Shown one piece after another: positions 26,601-39,339 of a stretch of 64,000 bases of DNA. The stretch spans positions 77,500,001 to 77,564,000 of the forward strand of contig NC_082720.1 in NCBI RefSeq assembly GCF_030144855.1, read 5' to 3'. The notes beneath the pieces are model-generated. The model saw only the letters and a list, made by a program, of their open reading frames with translations, made no database searches and was not told the DNA's origin. The position numbers were made by a program, and so were the translations under genes. Every line of letters begins with the position of its first letter. Positions within the stretch are counted from its first letter, which is position 1. The DNA comes from Hypanus sabinus. Its lineage: Eukaryota.

Positions 26601-28239
26601 TCATTGTAAGCTTCAGGAAGTGGAAGAAAGTATAGTGAGGCATGATAGGTGGAAGGAAAAAGAATTTGTATGACAAAAGAGTTAATAGTGCAAAGTAATA
26701 GATGTCTATGGAAAAAGACCTGACTACAGCAGGAATGCTTGGTAGAAATCTGATCCAAGACAAGAAAGAAAGTAGCAAGGTAACAGAAATGAGCAGAAAT
26801 CCTTTTGGAAGAAAGTAGAACTTGTTTTAGGTGGTCAATCCTTGTGAAAGTGGGTATGATCAAGGGATCATATTGCCCACTACTGTTAATGCTTTCATCC
26901 ATTTGGTGGATTTAAGTAACAATATCTTTCAGAATGTTTTTGAACTTTATGCCTTTTTATTCCATTTCAAATTCAGTCAAAATATTTGGTTAAAATATTG
27001 TTTCCTTTTGAATTTTGAATGCAAAATGTTTAAATTTGTAAAGCATTTCAAGTAAGTAAATACACCAAAGTTATTCTTAAAGAGACTAAGGTAGTTGAAC
27101 CATAGAGGGAATACATTTTATTTGAACTTTTTAATGATAAAGGGAGATAATGTTTGGGAAGAAACTTCTGAAAAGTAGGACAACAATATAGAATATATGA
27201 AAAAGGAGTAATGTAATCTCACTTTGCTATTTAATAATTTGGCTAATCTACTCTTGGGCTCAACTCTCCTTTCTTGCTCAATTCCCATAATCGACTCCTC
27301 CTTGGTTCAAAAAAAACTTACTTCAACCTCGCATATATTCCAAGACATGACTTTTAAGGCTCTCTTGGGCAGAAAATACCAAAAATAGAAATTTGTCCTT
27401 GTCTGTCTTCACAGCATACACCTACCAAACATTTTACATGCCTGTTTTTCAATACGATTATTTCTGTCTTCTCAGCTGGAGACACAACTAATGGGCTGCA
27501 ACCTCATAACTGCAGTAACAAGGCTCAATCTTGACATCCACTACTGTCTGTGTGATATTTGAATATTCTCCCTGTCACCTGTCCTTAATTTCAAATCTTG
27601 TTCCAAAGGAATTCAGCAGGTAGATTACTTGCTCATCGTAAATTAAAGTATACATGGGTGCTGGAATCTTGTGAGAAAGGTGAGTGACAAAAAGCCTGTT
27701 TCTGTGCTGTGTGTTATATAACCAAATAAAACTTTAACAAAAATTGATCCAACATGTATTATTATTTTCCAAAAATCCTTTCACCTAACAAATTCCAGCA
27801 TTTTCATAACGTCAGAAATTTCACAATGATGTGTATTAAACAAACTAACCTTTAGTTTCCTGTTTTCTGTCTCCCTCTCTTGAATAAGGAAATTGGAGTG
27901 AGTTTATGTTAGTGTTTTCTATCTTCTGGGACCTTTTTCAGAATCTAGGGAAAGAGAGATAAAGATTACTCTCTGTTACATATGCAGTGAAATGTGTCGT
28001 TTGTGCCAAAGACCAACACAATCCAAATGTATGCTGGGCCACAAGTGTCGCCATGCTTCTGCAACCAATATAGCATGCCCACAACTTATAAAACCAACCC
28101 ATACATCTTTGGAATGTGGGAGGAGATCCATGCAGTCTATCTATGCAGCTCCCTCATTTGAGATGTGGGGAACTTGACAGCCTTCATTGCTGTCAGTTTT
28201 TCCGAGTACTTTTCCTCTGCTGATAATAGTTTTGAGTTT

Positions 28240-28412
28240 CCGATGGTGTGATAGCATCAGTACTGGACACTGAGGCAGATGGTCCTGAGTTCGAATCTGA
28301 GCAGCAGTAATATCTGCGTGGAAGAAAGGGCTTCTGTATCTTGCCATTAAAAACCCTACACCATAGGCGTGCCATCAGTCGATTGTGACTTAATGGCACT
28401 CAACAACGACAA
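28240..28412 (+). mobile_element. tRNA-head SINE with RTE-like tail
   Basis: B-box GAGTTCGAATC; tail AAAACCCT...GCCATCAGTCGATTGTGACTTAATGGCAC followed by CAA-like repeats. Confidence 0.55.
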
Positions 28413-29474
28413 TTCCCCAATATCATTCTCTAAGGGACTAGTGAATTTTAATCTGTTATTGAGTTCTTACTATGTGCTTTTATTCCTTGCCAGTTTGTTC
28501 TCTCAGTTTATTTTCCCCTTCCATATTTTTAAGTCTTTTTCCCAATCATTTTCCCTACCAGTAATTTTGGCCTTCCTGTGTTCGATCCTATATTTCAATT
28601 CAATACTTATCGAGCTCTGCTGTTCATTTCTCAAAAGAAAGTATCTGTTAAGAATTAAGTGTTCATAAATGTCTGCCACTGGTGACCTTCTTCTCGTCTA
28701 TTTTCCCAGTCCAGTTTAGTAACTCTTTCTTCATTATTATTATATTTATCTTAAGTTAAATTTAAGACATTTTTCAGACCTAAGTTTCTTACTTTCAAGC
28801 TGAATGTGAAATTTTATCATGAATCCTTATTTAGTGTATCCTTCACTACGATATATTTCCTCTGCCAGGACATATAACTTTTCCTTTTTTTCCCCCCAAG
28901 CTTTGCAATTAATAGTGTAGAAGACAAAGGATGCTTAAAAATGCTTAAGTCACAGAAACAGCAGTTATGAGAAAATGTGAGGTAGAAATTACTGTAGAGA
29001 GGATCAAGCAAGATCATGATGAAGCAATTCAAACTTAGTTCACTAGGGATCAAAGATTCAATGTGGCTTGGCTAGCAAAATAGAACACTGTTTTGCTGTA
29101 GTCTTTATACTGGAGTTTACATAGAAGACAAGTAAAGGGAGTCTTTGGATAAAAAGTCTGCAGATGTTGAATGGTTGGTTTAAGTAGTGGAGAGGGTGGG
29201 AAAGGTATCATGATGGGCATTGTTGCAAAGGTTGCAGGTGTCAAAGTTATGGCATGGAGTTGAAGAGGATATCCAAGACTGCCAATAGACAAATATTGTT
29301 GCAGAAGGTGTATGGAGATTGTAAGTTTTGGGTGTGAAGTGGTAGTTTCCCTTGAATCAAAAGCCCAATGTGTATGTAATGTTTGGAAACAGTATGGAGG
29401 AAGAGAGAAATGTGCAACAGAGCAGATAGCTTGAAGCAGTCAAAAAGAAGAAAATGCAAGAGGCTGAGTCAAAG

Positions 29475-31010
29475 CTGATCTTTTTTTTCTATCTCCTCCT
29501 CAACCCCAGTTCCCCTTAACCTTTGGTGCCATGTCCAATCAAGAACCTATCAAGCTCTGCCTTAAATATACCCAATGATCTGGCCTCCACAGCTGCATGT
29601 GGCAACAAATTCCTCAAATTCACCACCCTTTGGCTAGAGAAATTTCTCTGCATCTCTGTTTTGAAAGGGTGCCTCTCTATCCTGAGGCTGTGCCCTCTTG
29701 TCCTGGACTCTCCCACCATGGGAAACATCCTTTCCACATCTACTCTGTCTCGGCCTTTCAACATTCGAAAGGTTTCAATGCGATCCCTCCTTATACTTCT
29801 AAGTTCCAGCAAGAACAGAACAAGAGCCATCAAACGTTCCTCATATGATAACCCTTTCATTCCTGAAATCATCCTTGTGAACCTCCTCTGAACCCTCTCC
29901 AATGCCAGCACATTTTTTCTAAGATGAGGGGCCCAAAACTGGTCACAATACCCAAGGTGAAGCCTCACGGCTGCCTAATACAGCCTCAGCATCACATCCT
30001 TGATCTTGTATTCTAGACCTCTGGAAATGGATGCTAACATGGCATTTGCCTTCCTCACCATCGACTCAACCTGCAATTTAAGCTTCAGGGTGTTCTGCAC
30101 AAGGACTCCCAAGCCCCTCTGCATCTCAGATTCATGGATTTTCTCCCCGTTTAGAAAATAGTCCACACATTTATTTCTACAACCAAAGTGCATGAACATG
30201 CATTTTCCAACATTGAATTTCATTTAAAACTTTCTTGCCCATTCTCCTAATGTCTAATACTTTCTGCATCCTGCCTGTTTCCTCCACACTACCTGCCCCT
30301 CCACCAATCTTCGGATCATCTGCAAACTTGGCAACAAAGCCATCTATTCCATCATCTAAATCATTTATAAACAGCGTAAAAAGAAGTGGTCCCAACACTG
30401 ACCCCTGTGGAACACAACCAGTTACTGGCAACCAACCAGAAAAGGATCTTTTGATTCCCACTTGCTGCCTCTTACCAATCAGTCAATGCTCTAACCATGC
30501 CAGTAACTTTCCTGTAATACCATGGGCTCTTAACTTGGTGAGCAGCCTCATGTGTGGCACCTTGTAAGAGGCCTTCTGAAAGTCCAAATAAACACCATCT
30601 CCTGCATCCCCTTTATCGATCCTACTTGTAATCTCCTCAAAGAATTCCAACAGGTTTGTCAGGCAGGATTTTCCCTGAAAGAAAGTATGCTGACTTTGTA
30701 CTATCTTGCCCTGTGTTACCAAGTACTCCATCACCTCATCCTTAATAATTGACTCTAACGTCTAACATCTTCACAAACACTGAGGTCAGGCTAACTGGTC
30801 TATAATTTCCTTTCTGCTGCCTTCCTCCTTTCTTAGAGTGGAGAAACATTTGCAATTTTCCAGTCTTCTAGCACCATGTCAGAGTCCAATGATTTTTGAA
30901 AGCTCATTTCTAATGCCACCACGTTCTCTACTGCTACCTCTTTCAGATCCTCGGGTGCAGTTCCTCTGGTCTGGGTAACTTATGTACCTTTAGGTCTTAC
31001 AGCTTTTTGG
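29475..31010 (-). mobile_element. CR1 LINE RT region plus 3' end
   Basis: ORFs 30483, 30177, 29975 and 29516 (GKSCLTNLLEFFEE; [19 protein letters not shown]...FADD). Confidence 0.92.
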
Positions 31011-31940
31011 GAAGGTGGTTGAAAATAGGAGGAAGAGTGTGTGTCAGCGTCTGTGCTAATTTTCATGATTTTACAAATTAAAGTTCTTTGCACCTGTGTA
31101 ATAATTCTTAATAACTGATTCATTAAGCCAGAAACTATAATAATGTACCTGTATTGTAAAAAATAAAGGTTAAGTACCAAAAGTTTATATTAAGACTGCA
31201 TTCAAAGCAAATACTGTTCTGCATGTAAAATATTATCTCATTTAGCCATAGGAAAGGGGGATTGAGTAGTCCACAGATGTAACCTTCTCCATGTTAAAAA
31301 TATCTGCCTTAAGGCCACCCTTACACAGGAAATATTAAATTCAGAAGTCTGGCAAATGTTAATTCATATGAATGGCAGAACTAGTTTCCTCTCTCTCCAC
31401 TTTTAATAGTTTTTCATTTTTATCAGTCTTATGTAATGTTGATGCCATTTCTTATAATATTGTGGGGTATAGTTCACAGGAGGTATGGGTTTCTGGTTTT
31501 AGGACAATTTACGACGTTTGTGACCAAGACAGCTGTACATTTTTTTCTGTTAAACTGATGAGTTAAGGACTTTGATATTGAGGAGGGAAACATCAAGAAG
31601 ATTGGTACATTCATTGTTATCAGTACCTGCAAACGTTTAAATTTAAAATCTCGGCAAAGCCAATAATTATTGACAGCAATACTGTTTATATTATATAAAC
31701 AAAATAGTTACATATCTTGCTAAAAATCTTTTGTAATTGCATGACTTGCTTTAGTTAAACGACTTAAGTTTCATGTTGATATATTTTGATTCAGTAATAA
31801 TATCAAATTGGAATGCTGATTTTACCAAATATAATCAACCACTGTTCACGAATGTTTTGTGCATCTAGTTACTAAACTTACAGAATGTCTTTGTTGCACT
31901 TGGTACCTAAATGCAAATTTTCAAGTATTTAATTTTTATC

Positions 31941-32080
31941 GACTTGCCGTAGGGTGTCGGCCCGAAACGTCAATTGTACTTTTTTTTCCCCATATGTGCT
32001 GCCAGGCCTGGAGTTCCTCCAGCATTTTGTGTGTGTTGCCCGGATTTCCAGCATCTGCAAGTTTCTCTGGTTTGTGATTT
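31941..32080 (+). mobile_element. Penelope-like element 3' terminal fragment with degenerate hammerhead
   Basis: AGGGTGTCGGCCCGAAACGTC...GAGTTCCTCCAGCATTTTGTGTGTGTTGC, matching the end of the Penelope-like element at 39.5 kb. Confidence 0.7.
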
Positions 32081-32199
32081 TTATTGCATATTTTTTTGTA
32101 AATTTTGCTGTCCAGATTTATAAGCGTGCGGTCAGGGCTTATCCCGAAGAGTTTTGGGGCAGTGAAGTATTTTTTAAAATATTGCGTATGCCAGTCCTT

Positions 32200-33450
32200 T
32201 ACAATGACGCACGTCCCAACCACAGCTTCTGCTGCGCTCTCTCTCCCTCCCCAGATCCCGAACAGCGATGCGCCGTCACGTGGTCCGTCTCGGCACAGCG
32301 CGTCCCGTGATGCTCAGGGCCCCCGCTAGCCCCACCCCCTGCGGGTGGCGTGCGCTCGTTACGTGACCCGCTCTCCCTTGGTTACCAGCTGTTCCCGCAC
32401 GGGAGGGAGGGGGGGCTGCTTCCTAAAATGGCGTTGGTCTGATTTCCGCCGTAGCCGCCCCCCCCGCTCCCCAATGTCGACTTCCACTCAGAGATTTGCC
32501 TACCGTACGTTTTAGCACCGCGATTGATTCCATGGGCGTCCACGGTCGGCGACGGGGGGAGGCGGTCGTCCATTTGTGGCGGTAGAGGCGCTGGTTTGAG
32601 AGGGATTGTCTTCCTCCTCCGTCCCCTCCCCTCCCCGGTGGGGTTGTGATCCTCTTGCAGTTGCGTGGATGTGCAAGATGGCTCGGGGCCGCGGACAGCA
32701 CTGAAGGTAACTGAATCACGCTGAGTGTCTGGACTTCTCCCCACTCCACCCTGTCTTGTCAGACTCCTCCGGCCCGGCGAGCCGGAGCTGAGTAATTATT
32801 TGATGAGGCCCGGTTGCACTGTACCCTAGCCCTTTTTTTTTATTCTTGCAATGGTGGTTCCAGCTGATTCCTACTCACCTCCACCGCCTTCAAAACAACC
32901 CAGATCACCGCAGGATTAGTACGGGGCGGTGGATTTTGATGTTTTTAATTTTAATCAGTGGGGGTCTATTCTAATCAGGTTATTTTAAGGGGGATTTCCA
33001 ACTTTTCCCAGCATTTACTTTACGGTGGAGTGTGGGTGAATTAGGTGGCGAATGAAATTTCTTTTCGTCCCTGAAAACACTTCTAGTAAATTCGACGTCA
33101 CTCGGCCGAACCCTTTTGTTCAAGCCGGTGTCGAAGTAGTGACTATGCGCTTAACAGTACTTGGCATCCCAGCCAATAACTATTAGAAGAGCCGAAAAGA
33201 ACTACAAATCCGTCAATAAAGATGTCCGTCAAGCGTCAGGATTGTTGGCAGCAATAGGATTAACCGTGTTTTTTTTCTCCTCTCAAAGAGACGTACGTAC
33301 GATTTGGGCCTTTTTTCCCTCTAAGTTCTCGGCATGCCATTTATTTTTTTGAACAAATATATATTTGATGTTCCCTTTTTAATAATAAACGCTAATGCAT
33401 TAACGACGAATTGGATAAACCGATCGATTTCGAATACGTAGTGTTTCCAG
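32200..33450 (+). promoter_or_regulatory. AFF4: CpG island promoter of AFF4
   Basis: Strongest CpG/GC enrichment in the window; E-box GTCACGTGG (CACGTG 32277-32282), GTTACGTGAC 32358-32367, YY1-type AAAATGGCG 32425-32433, CRE-like CGACGTCA 33093-33100; the next coding exon downstream is AFF4. Confidence 0.8.
32400..32706 (+). other. AFF4: Probable AFF4 non-coding exon 1 (start approximate), donor AAG|GTAACT
   Basis: Good 5' splice site inside the CpG island; the AFF4 coding exon starts only 4 nt before its ATG, so an upstream exon is required. Confidence 0.5.
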
Positions 33451-35740
33451 ACAAACTGACTTTGGGGTCCATTTTCTTAAAGCTAATGTTGGATACTACA
33501 GATTATCTATCTATTTATCTTATGTTAGCAGATTAGTAGTGTGATCAGCATCTACAGTTGACAACTGCCATTAGTTCTATCTGCTTTTTAATTGGATTTG
33601 AAATATAAAATCAAACTTTGTAATGGAGCACTTTTAGACAGTAATATTCAGGTTGTTTGAAACAAAATGTCCTTCTTAATATATCTAATATTTTTAAGAA
33701 AGTGTTGAAGTGTCTTTGAATTACCAAAATTTTAATGGAACACTTGGTAACTATCAGTCTTGACATTACTTGACATTTCTGTATGTACAGTATTCAGTGA
33801 AGTTAGCTTTATGTTGTCACAGTTACAAGGTAATGATGCACATAAAAGTGGAATATAGGGTAGAGAGATTGAATGGATTTTTGGAGCAGTCTTTTTAAAA
33901 AAGCCAAGTTAGTTTTGCAACATTTCTTGCCTCACTTCCTTAAAGCTAATGAAATAGGTTTGGAAATACTTTGACAATCTCTGAGTAAAGACTTTATTTC
34001 TGTATTAAAACAGCTATAATCTTGATTATGAAGTTTAATACTTTATTTTTAGAACAAGAGTAGAAATTACCATGCTATCAGATATCCTTTTGGCTTATTA
34101 ACTGAGGCTTAACATAGGTGGGGTATAGTATTTAGCTTTTTGATCTTTTACATGGCTACAATTTTGAATTATTCTGAAGCTGAATCAGGTTATGAAATAG
34201 TTCCTATTATTTGTATGAGGCTGTATAGTAATTAGCTAAAGTTAACTGCATAAATGACACTTCATAACTTGTCATCTGATATTGAGTTAATTCATGCAAT
34301 TTAAATATTTTATTTTTTTTAATATATTAATGTTTATTGCAATAGTGGAGTGGAGGGTACTATTTCTCCCATTTTGTAAAGGGCCTGATACTTCTGGACT
34401 TCTACAGATGGATTTTGATACTAAAACTAAAAAATAGTACATATAATTTATTATAGGGAAAGCCCATAGAGACTTGAAGATTTAAATGACCCTTTATGAT
34501 AATCCATTATAAAGCTATTGATTGGCCAGAGGACATGTTATCATGGAGCTTCAGGTGCCGCAGACAGAGATGGATGTCTTGCAAGGATCTTGAATGTCTT
34601 TGTTAAACCTTTACTGTTTGCATTGAATAACAAGTTGATGTATTATGAGAGTTAATCAGAATTATGGCAGTACTCTACCTTTGGGTCTGTAGATGTTCTG
34701 TTCCTCCCCAAATGCATAGTTCACATTCCCCGTAGACTTCTTTATCATTTAGCTAATTTTGATCACAGAATCATTTTTAGAAATGATCCCTATGGATCTC
34801 CACTGGATACAAGTTTGGAGTTGAGAAAACTGTTAACTGTTGCCCATTGTTTCCTGCTGATAGGGCATTGTTGGATCTAGTTTGCCAAGTCCCCATAGAT
34901 TATTAACCAATTGGCATGTGGATCTAAACCAATAGTCTTCAGAATAAAGTATCACCACTAAGTAGTAGTTGATGAAAAAATCTTTGTTTCAAATATGTTA
35001 TTTGATTAAAACATTTCATCTGTTAACTTATCTAGGACATGGTTTTATAATCCCAAAAAAGTCCATCTGTGGTGCTTTTTTTTTTCTCTTCCCTTCACCA
35101 CCCCCTCTCTGCCCATATCAATTTATTTAATCATCTTTAAAAAAAAATCCTTGTCACTCCCTTAATTTTTACCCAAGGGAACACCAGCCTAGTTTATGCA
35201 ACTTATCTATGTAATTCAGCTGCAATGTAAGTCAAGCATGCAAATTTCTGTGTCCAAATTGGAAATGAATTACAATGTTCAATGCCCAGGGCTGCAAGTA
35301 TGTGCCAAGGTGGCAATGCATTGTGCCATGCAAATGTTAGAGATTGCTCTTTGTTCTTGTAGCTTATTGGTATGTTTCTTCTTGAAGAGTATCAAGAGTT
35401 GACTTTTTGCAAGTTCAATTTGAGCTCCCCAAAGAGCATTGCAAACTTTATAATTGAGTTTGAAAATGTTAAATTTCCTCTGAAATTTTAATGGTTAATT
35501 GCTAGTGTCATAACGAGGATGAAATCTAAACTGTAAACAAGGCTTGTCGAAATTGTTTTTATATTGTCATATTGAAACAGGCCTTGGCTCACAGTGTCTG
35601 TGGTGACCATGATACTAATTTAAATCAATTTTATCTGCCTACGTGGTCCATTTCCTACAATTACCTGTCATGTGTTTGTCTAAATGCCTTTTTAATGTTG
35701 CTATCATATGTGCTACAACCAATTTCCCAGGTATCCACAG

Positions 35741-35741
<1 letters not shown>

Positions 35742-35774
<33 letters not shown>
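35742..35774 (+). repeat. Poly-G tract (33 G)
   Basis: Directly visible; lies inside an old CR1 3' fragment. Confidence 0.95.
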
Positions 35775-35775
<1 letters not shown>

Positions 35776-36149
35776 GAATAAAACCTGGCCATAAATCTTT
35801 AAACTTCATTTCACCCCAACCTCTTTGAATTTATCCCCTGTAGTATTTGATGTTTCCACTCAGGGGGAAGATTTAATGTCTAGCCTGTCTATGCTTCTCA
35901 TTTTACATATTCCTATCTGATCACTTCCCAGCCTCTGATACTTAAGAAAAAAAAAATACAGTCCAAGTTTATCCAATGTCCTGAAGCTTATACTCTCTAA
36001 TCTAGGCACCTCTTCCACACCCTTGCCAAATTCTACACATCCTTCCTGTAATGCATTGGCTAGAATGGCACACAATTTTAGCTGCAGCCTGCCACATAAC
36101 TTCCCAAATGTTATACTCAACCCTGACTGTTGAAAGCAAATGTGCCTTA

Positions 36150-36765
36150 AGCAACACACACAAATTGCTGAAGGAGCTCAACAAATTAGGCATCATCTGT
36201 GGAGGTGAATAAATGGGTGACATTTTGGGCCAAGTTCTTACATCAGGACAGGAAAAAAAAGGGCAGAACCCAGAATAACAAGGTGTGGGGAGGTTAAGGA
36301 GTGCAGGAAACAAGGTGACAGATGAGACCTGGTGGAAGGGCAGGTGTGTGGGGAGGGGGAATGAATTGAGACCAGATCCAGACCAGACAAAGATCCAGAG
36401 ACCCAAACAACTGCACTTGTTCCAATTTGATATAATGCATTCAGTGTTTACAAAGTTGCCTCCTGTACAGTGGAAAAATCAAACACAGATTGGGTGATCA
36501 CTTTGAGCTTCTGTTAACTTATTACTTTAATTCATATCTCACTCCCACTCTTACCTACCTTTGCTGTTATGTTCAATGCAAGCTCATGAAAAAGTGGCTA
36601 CCCATTTCAGTTCAACTTCCCATTCCCACTCTGACACGTCATGATGAGGCCAAACTCAGCTTGAAAGTGCTGGCTTCTGCCCCCTTTTCCAAGTGCTGAT
36701 GAGAGTCTCTGACTTGCTGAATTCCCTGAGCATTTTGTGAGTGCTGCTCAAGATTTCCAGAAACT
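36150..36765. mobile_element. Penelope-like element remnants (3' ends in opposite orientations)
   Basis: CACACACAAATTGCTGAAGGAGCTCA... at 36155 and ...TGCTGAATTCCCTGAGCATTTTGTGAGTG at 36715; degenerate hammerhead at 36215-36250 (-). Confidence 0.55.
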
Positions 36766-37656
36766 GTGATTATGCCTTCCTCCTTATTTACCAATTTGTT
36801 CATGTTACTACTTTCAGAGAGCTATGGATTTGCACATCAAGATCCTCTTGTATCAGTGCTCTTAAAGGACCTTATCATTTACCTACATGCCTTTCTCTTG
36901 TATTTGGCCACTCAAAGAGTAATTCCTCGTGTGCATATTAAATTCCATCTGCAATTTCTCTACCTACATTTCCAACTCCTCTATATCCTATCAACCGGTG
37001 TTCATTATCCAAAATTGCCAATTTTGGTGTTGTTTATAAACGTGCATTCTCATCCAAATCATTTATAGACATCACAAATAACTGCATTGATCTTGCCAAA
37101 TATTATTGGGTGCAGACCTCCACCAACCCCCTACCCTGCCCCTTACCTTCTATGGTGAACCAGTTTTGAATCCACTATTCCAAGTCTCCATATTTAACAA
37201 GTGATGCTTGATGAATTTAAGCCATGTTGAGGATTGCTAAAAAATAACATTAATGTGCTTATTTGGTTCACTTTACTTTATCTTGGTGAAAATAGGCTGA
37301 AGAACAGCTTGCCTGTTGCCATTACTGTTTTTAGTATTGCTAATTTTAAATTAGCCGTGTAATCAGAGGCGAACCTGATGTAGGAAAGTTTTGATAAACC
37401 TACCTGGTTATTAGTGTTTACCTTTTTAAAAAATGAACACACTATAGCTAGAACATTGTCGTGTGGGGGTTAGAATCAGCAGGTTGTTATTAACTACCAG
37501 ACTTCAAGTTGTCTACTCTTATAATTCACAAATAAGGTTTGGATTGTGGATTGTCCCTGTAAGTTTTGGGTTATTCCTGGGAGGTAACTGTTTTTCTGAA
37601 GGGAAATAGGTACATCTTAATATTAAAGTGATGGCTTTTATGCTCGGTTTGTGCAC

Positions 37657-37657
<1 letters not shown>

Positions 37658-37689
<32 letters not shown>
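37658..37689. repeat. (TG)n(TA)n compound microsatellite
   Basis: TGTGTG...TATATATAT directly visible. Confidence 0.9.
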
Positions 37690-37899
37690 TGCAGAAAGTA
37701 ATATTTTGAGTGTATTATATTCAACTGTGTTCCCACAAACCACAGGACTAGCCTCTATTTTGTGATTCAACAAGCAGCTTTCAGCTTGGACTTCATATTC
37801 ATCTTCATTTTACTGCACTGTTGCTGTGGATATCTTCATTTGACTCTGCTACTTCTTTCCAAACTCCATCTTTCTCATCTTCAGAAGCTTACTAAGATT

Positions 37900-38890
37900 T
37901 CAATCAGAATTGGGGCTTATTATCACTGACGTTATGAAATTTGTTGTTTTGTGGTAGCAGTACAGTGCAATACATTAACAATTGTGATAAGTTGCAATAA
38001 AAAATGGAATGGTAAGATAGTGTTCATGAGTTCATGGACCATTTAGAAATATAATGGAGGAGAAGAGCTTTCTAAGATGTTGCGTGTATACCTTCAGGCT
38101 CCTAAACCTCCTCCCTATTGGTAGTAATAAGAAAAGGGCATTTCCCAGATCCTTAATGATGGATGCTGCCTTTTTGACACACTAACTTTGAAGACGTTCT
38201 CAATGGTGACGAGGCTTGTGCCCTTGATGAAGCTGGCTGAGTCTACAACTCTCTGCAGTCTCTTTCAATCCTGTGCATTGGAGCCTCCATACCATGTAAC
38301 TTTCCATGGTTCATCTATATAGTAATTTGCAAACCTTTGGTGACATACCAATCTCCTCAAACTTCTAATGAAGTATCTGAGATATTGACACCCAGGAACT
38401 TGAAGCTGCTTACCTTTTCCACTGCTGACTCCTCAATCAGGACTGGTGTGTGTTCTCCTAACTTCCCCTTTCTGAAGTCTGCATTCAATTCCTAGATCTT
38501 GCTGATGTTAAGTGAAAGGTTGTTGTGACACCAGTTGTGATCTGTCTCACTCTTGTACACCACCTCGTTGCCTTCGGAAATTCTGCCAGCCAGTAGAAGT
38601 GGCATTGGTGGATTTGTAAATGTTGTTTGAGCTGTGCCTAGCCACAGTCATAGTGTAGAGAGAGAAGAGTAATAGGCAAAGCACCCATCCTTGAGGTGTG
38701 CCTGTGTTGACTGATAGTGAGGAGATGTTATTACCGATCCACAGTGGACTCCTATTGAGGAAGTCAAGGATCCAGTTGCAGAAAGAGGTACAGGGGCCCA
38801 GGTTTTGAAGCTTGCCGATTAGTACTGAGGGGGATGATGGTGTTGCTGTAATCGATAAACAGCAGTCTAATACTGGTATTGTTGTTGGTC
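37900..38890 (-). mobile_element. Rex1/Babar-type LINE fragment (RT 3' half to tail)
   Basis: Same family as 10430-11170; includes the reverse complement of a G.PQG.VL-type RT motif near 38685-38705. Confidence 0.65.
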
Positions 38891-39339
38891 AGGTGTATTA
38901 ATTTGTGCTCGACATGTATTTAAGAGTTTAGGAAATGAAAGCACTAATAGATTTAATGGCCCTTTGTGAAAGATACAGCTGATTATGTTGCCTGTACACT
39001 TTATCAACAAATCTCATGACCTGGTTGCATCAGAAAATCTATTCGTCTCACTATTGAATGTACTCAAGAACTTGGGATCCAGAATGAAGTGTAGAATTCT
39101 ATGTAATTATTGTGATCTGTGCAAGGGAGTTTTGTCTTTGACAACTTTTATTCTGGACTATGCACTTGGTTTTAGGTAGTGAAAGGTTGCCTTATGGTAG
39201 TTACTTTTATTAGTGCCTCAAAGAAACTTGAATGTCTCTGAGATAATTTCACATTCTTCCAAACTCCAGTCTTCTGCATACTGTTTGATGGGCATGTATC
39301 AATGCAGAAATCAAACTAGTGAGACTACAGTGCAAGGAC

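Noticed and set aside
32382-32749. 108-120 aa - strand ORFs in the CpG island
   Set aside because: Expected in GC-rich, stop-poor DNA; non-ATG starts; no recognisable domain.
33161-33352. ORF starting MASQP, resembling an AFF-type N-terminus
   Set aside because: The start codon is TTG and there is no suitable donor; likely coincidence.
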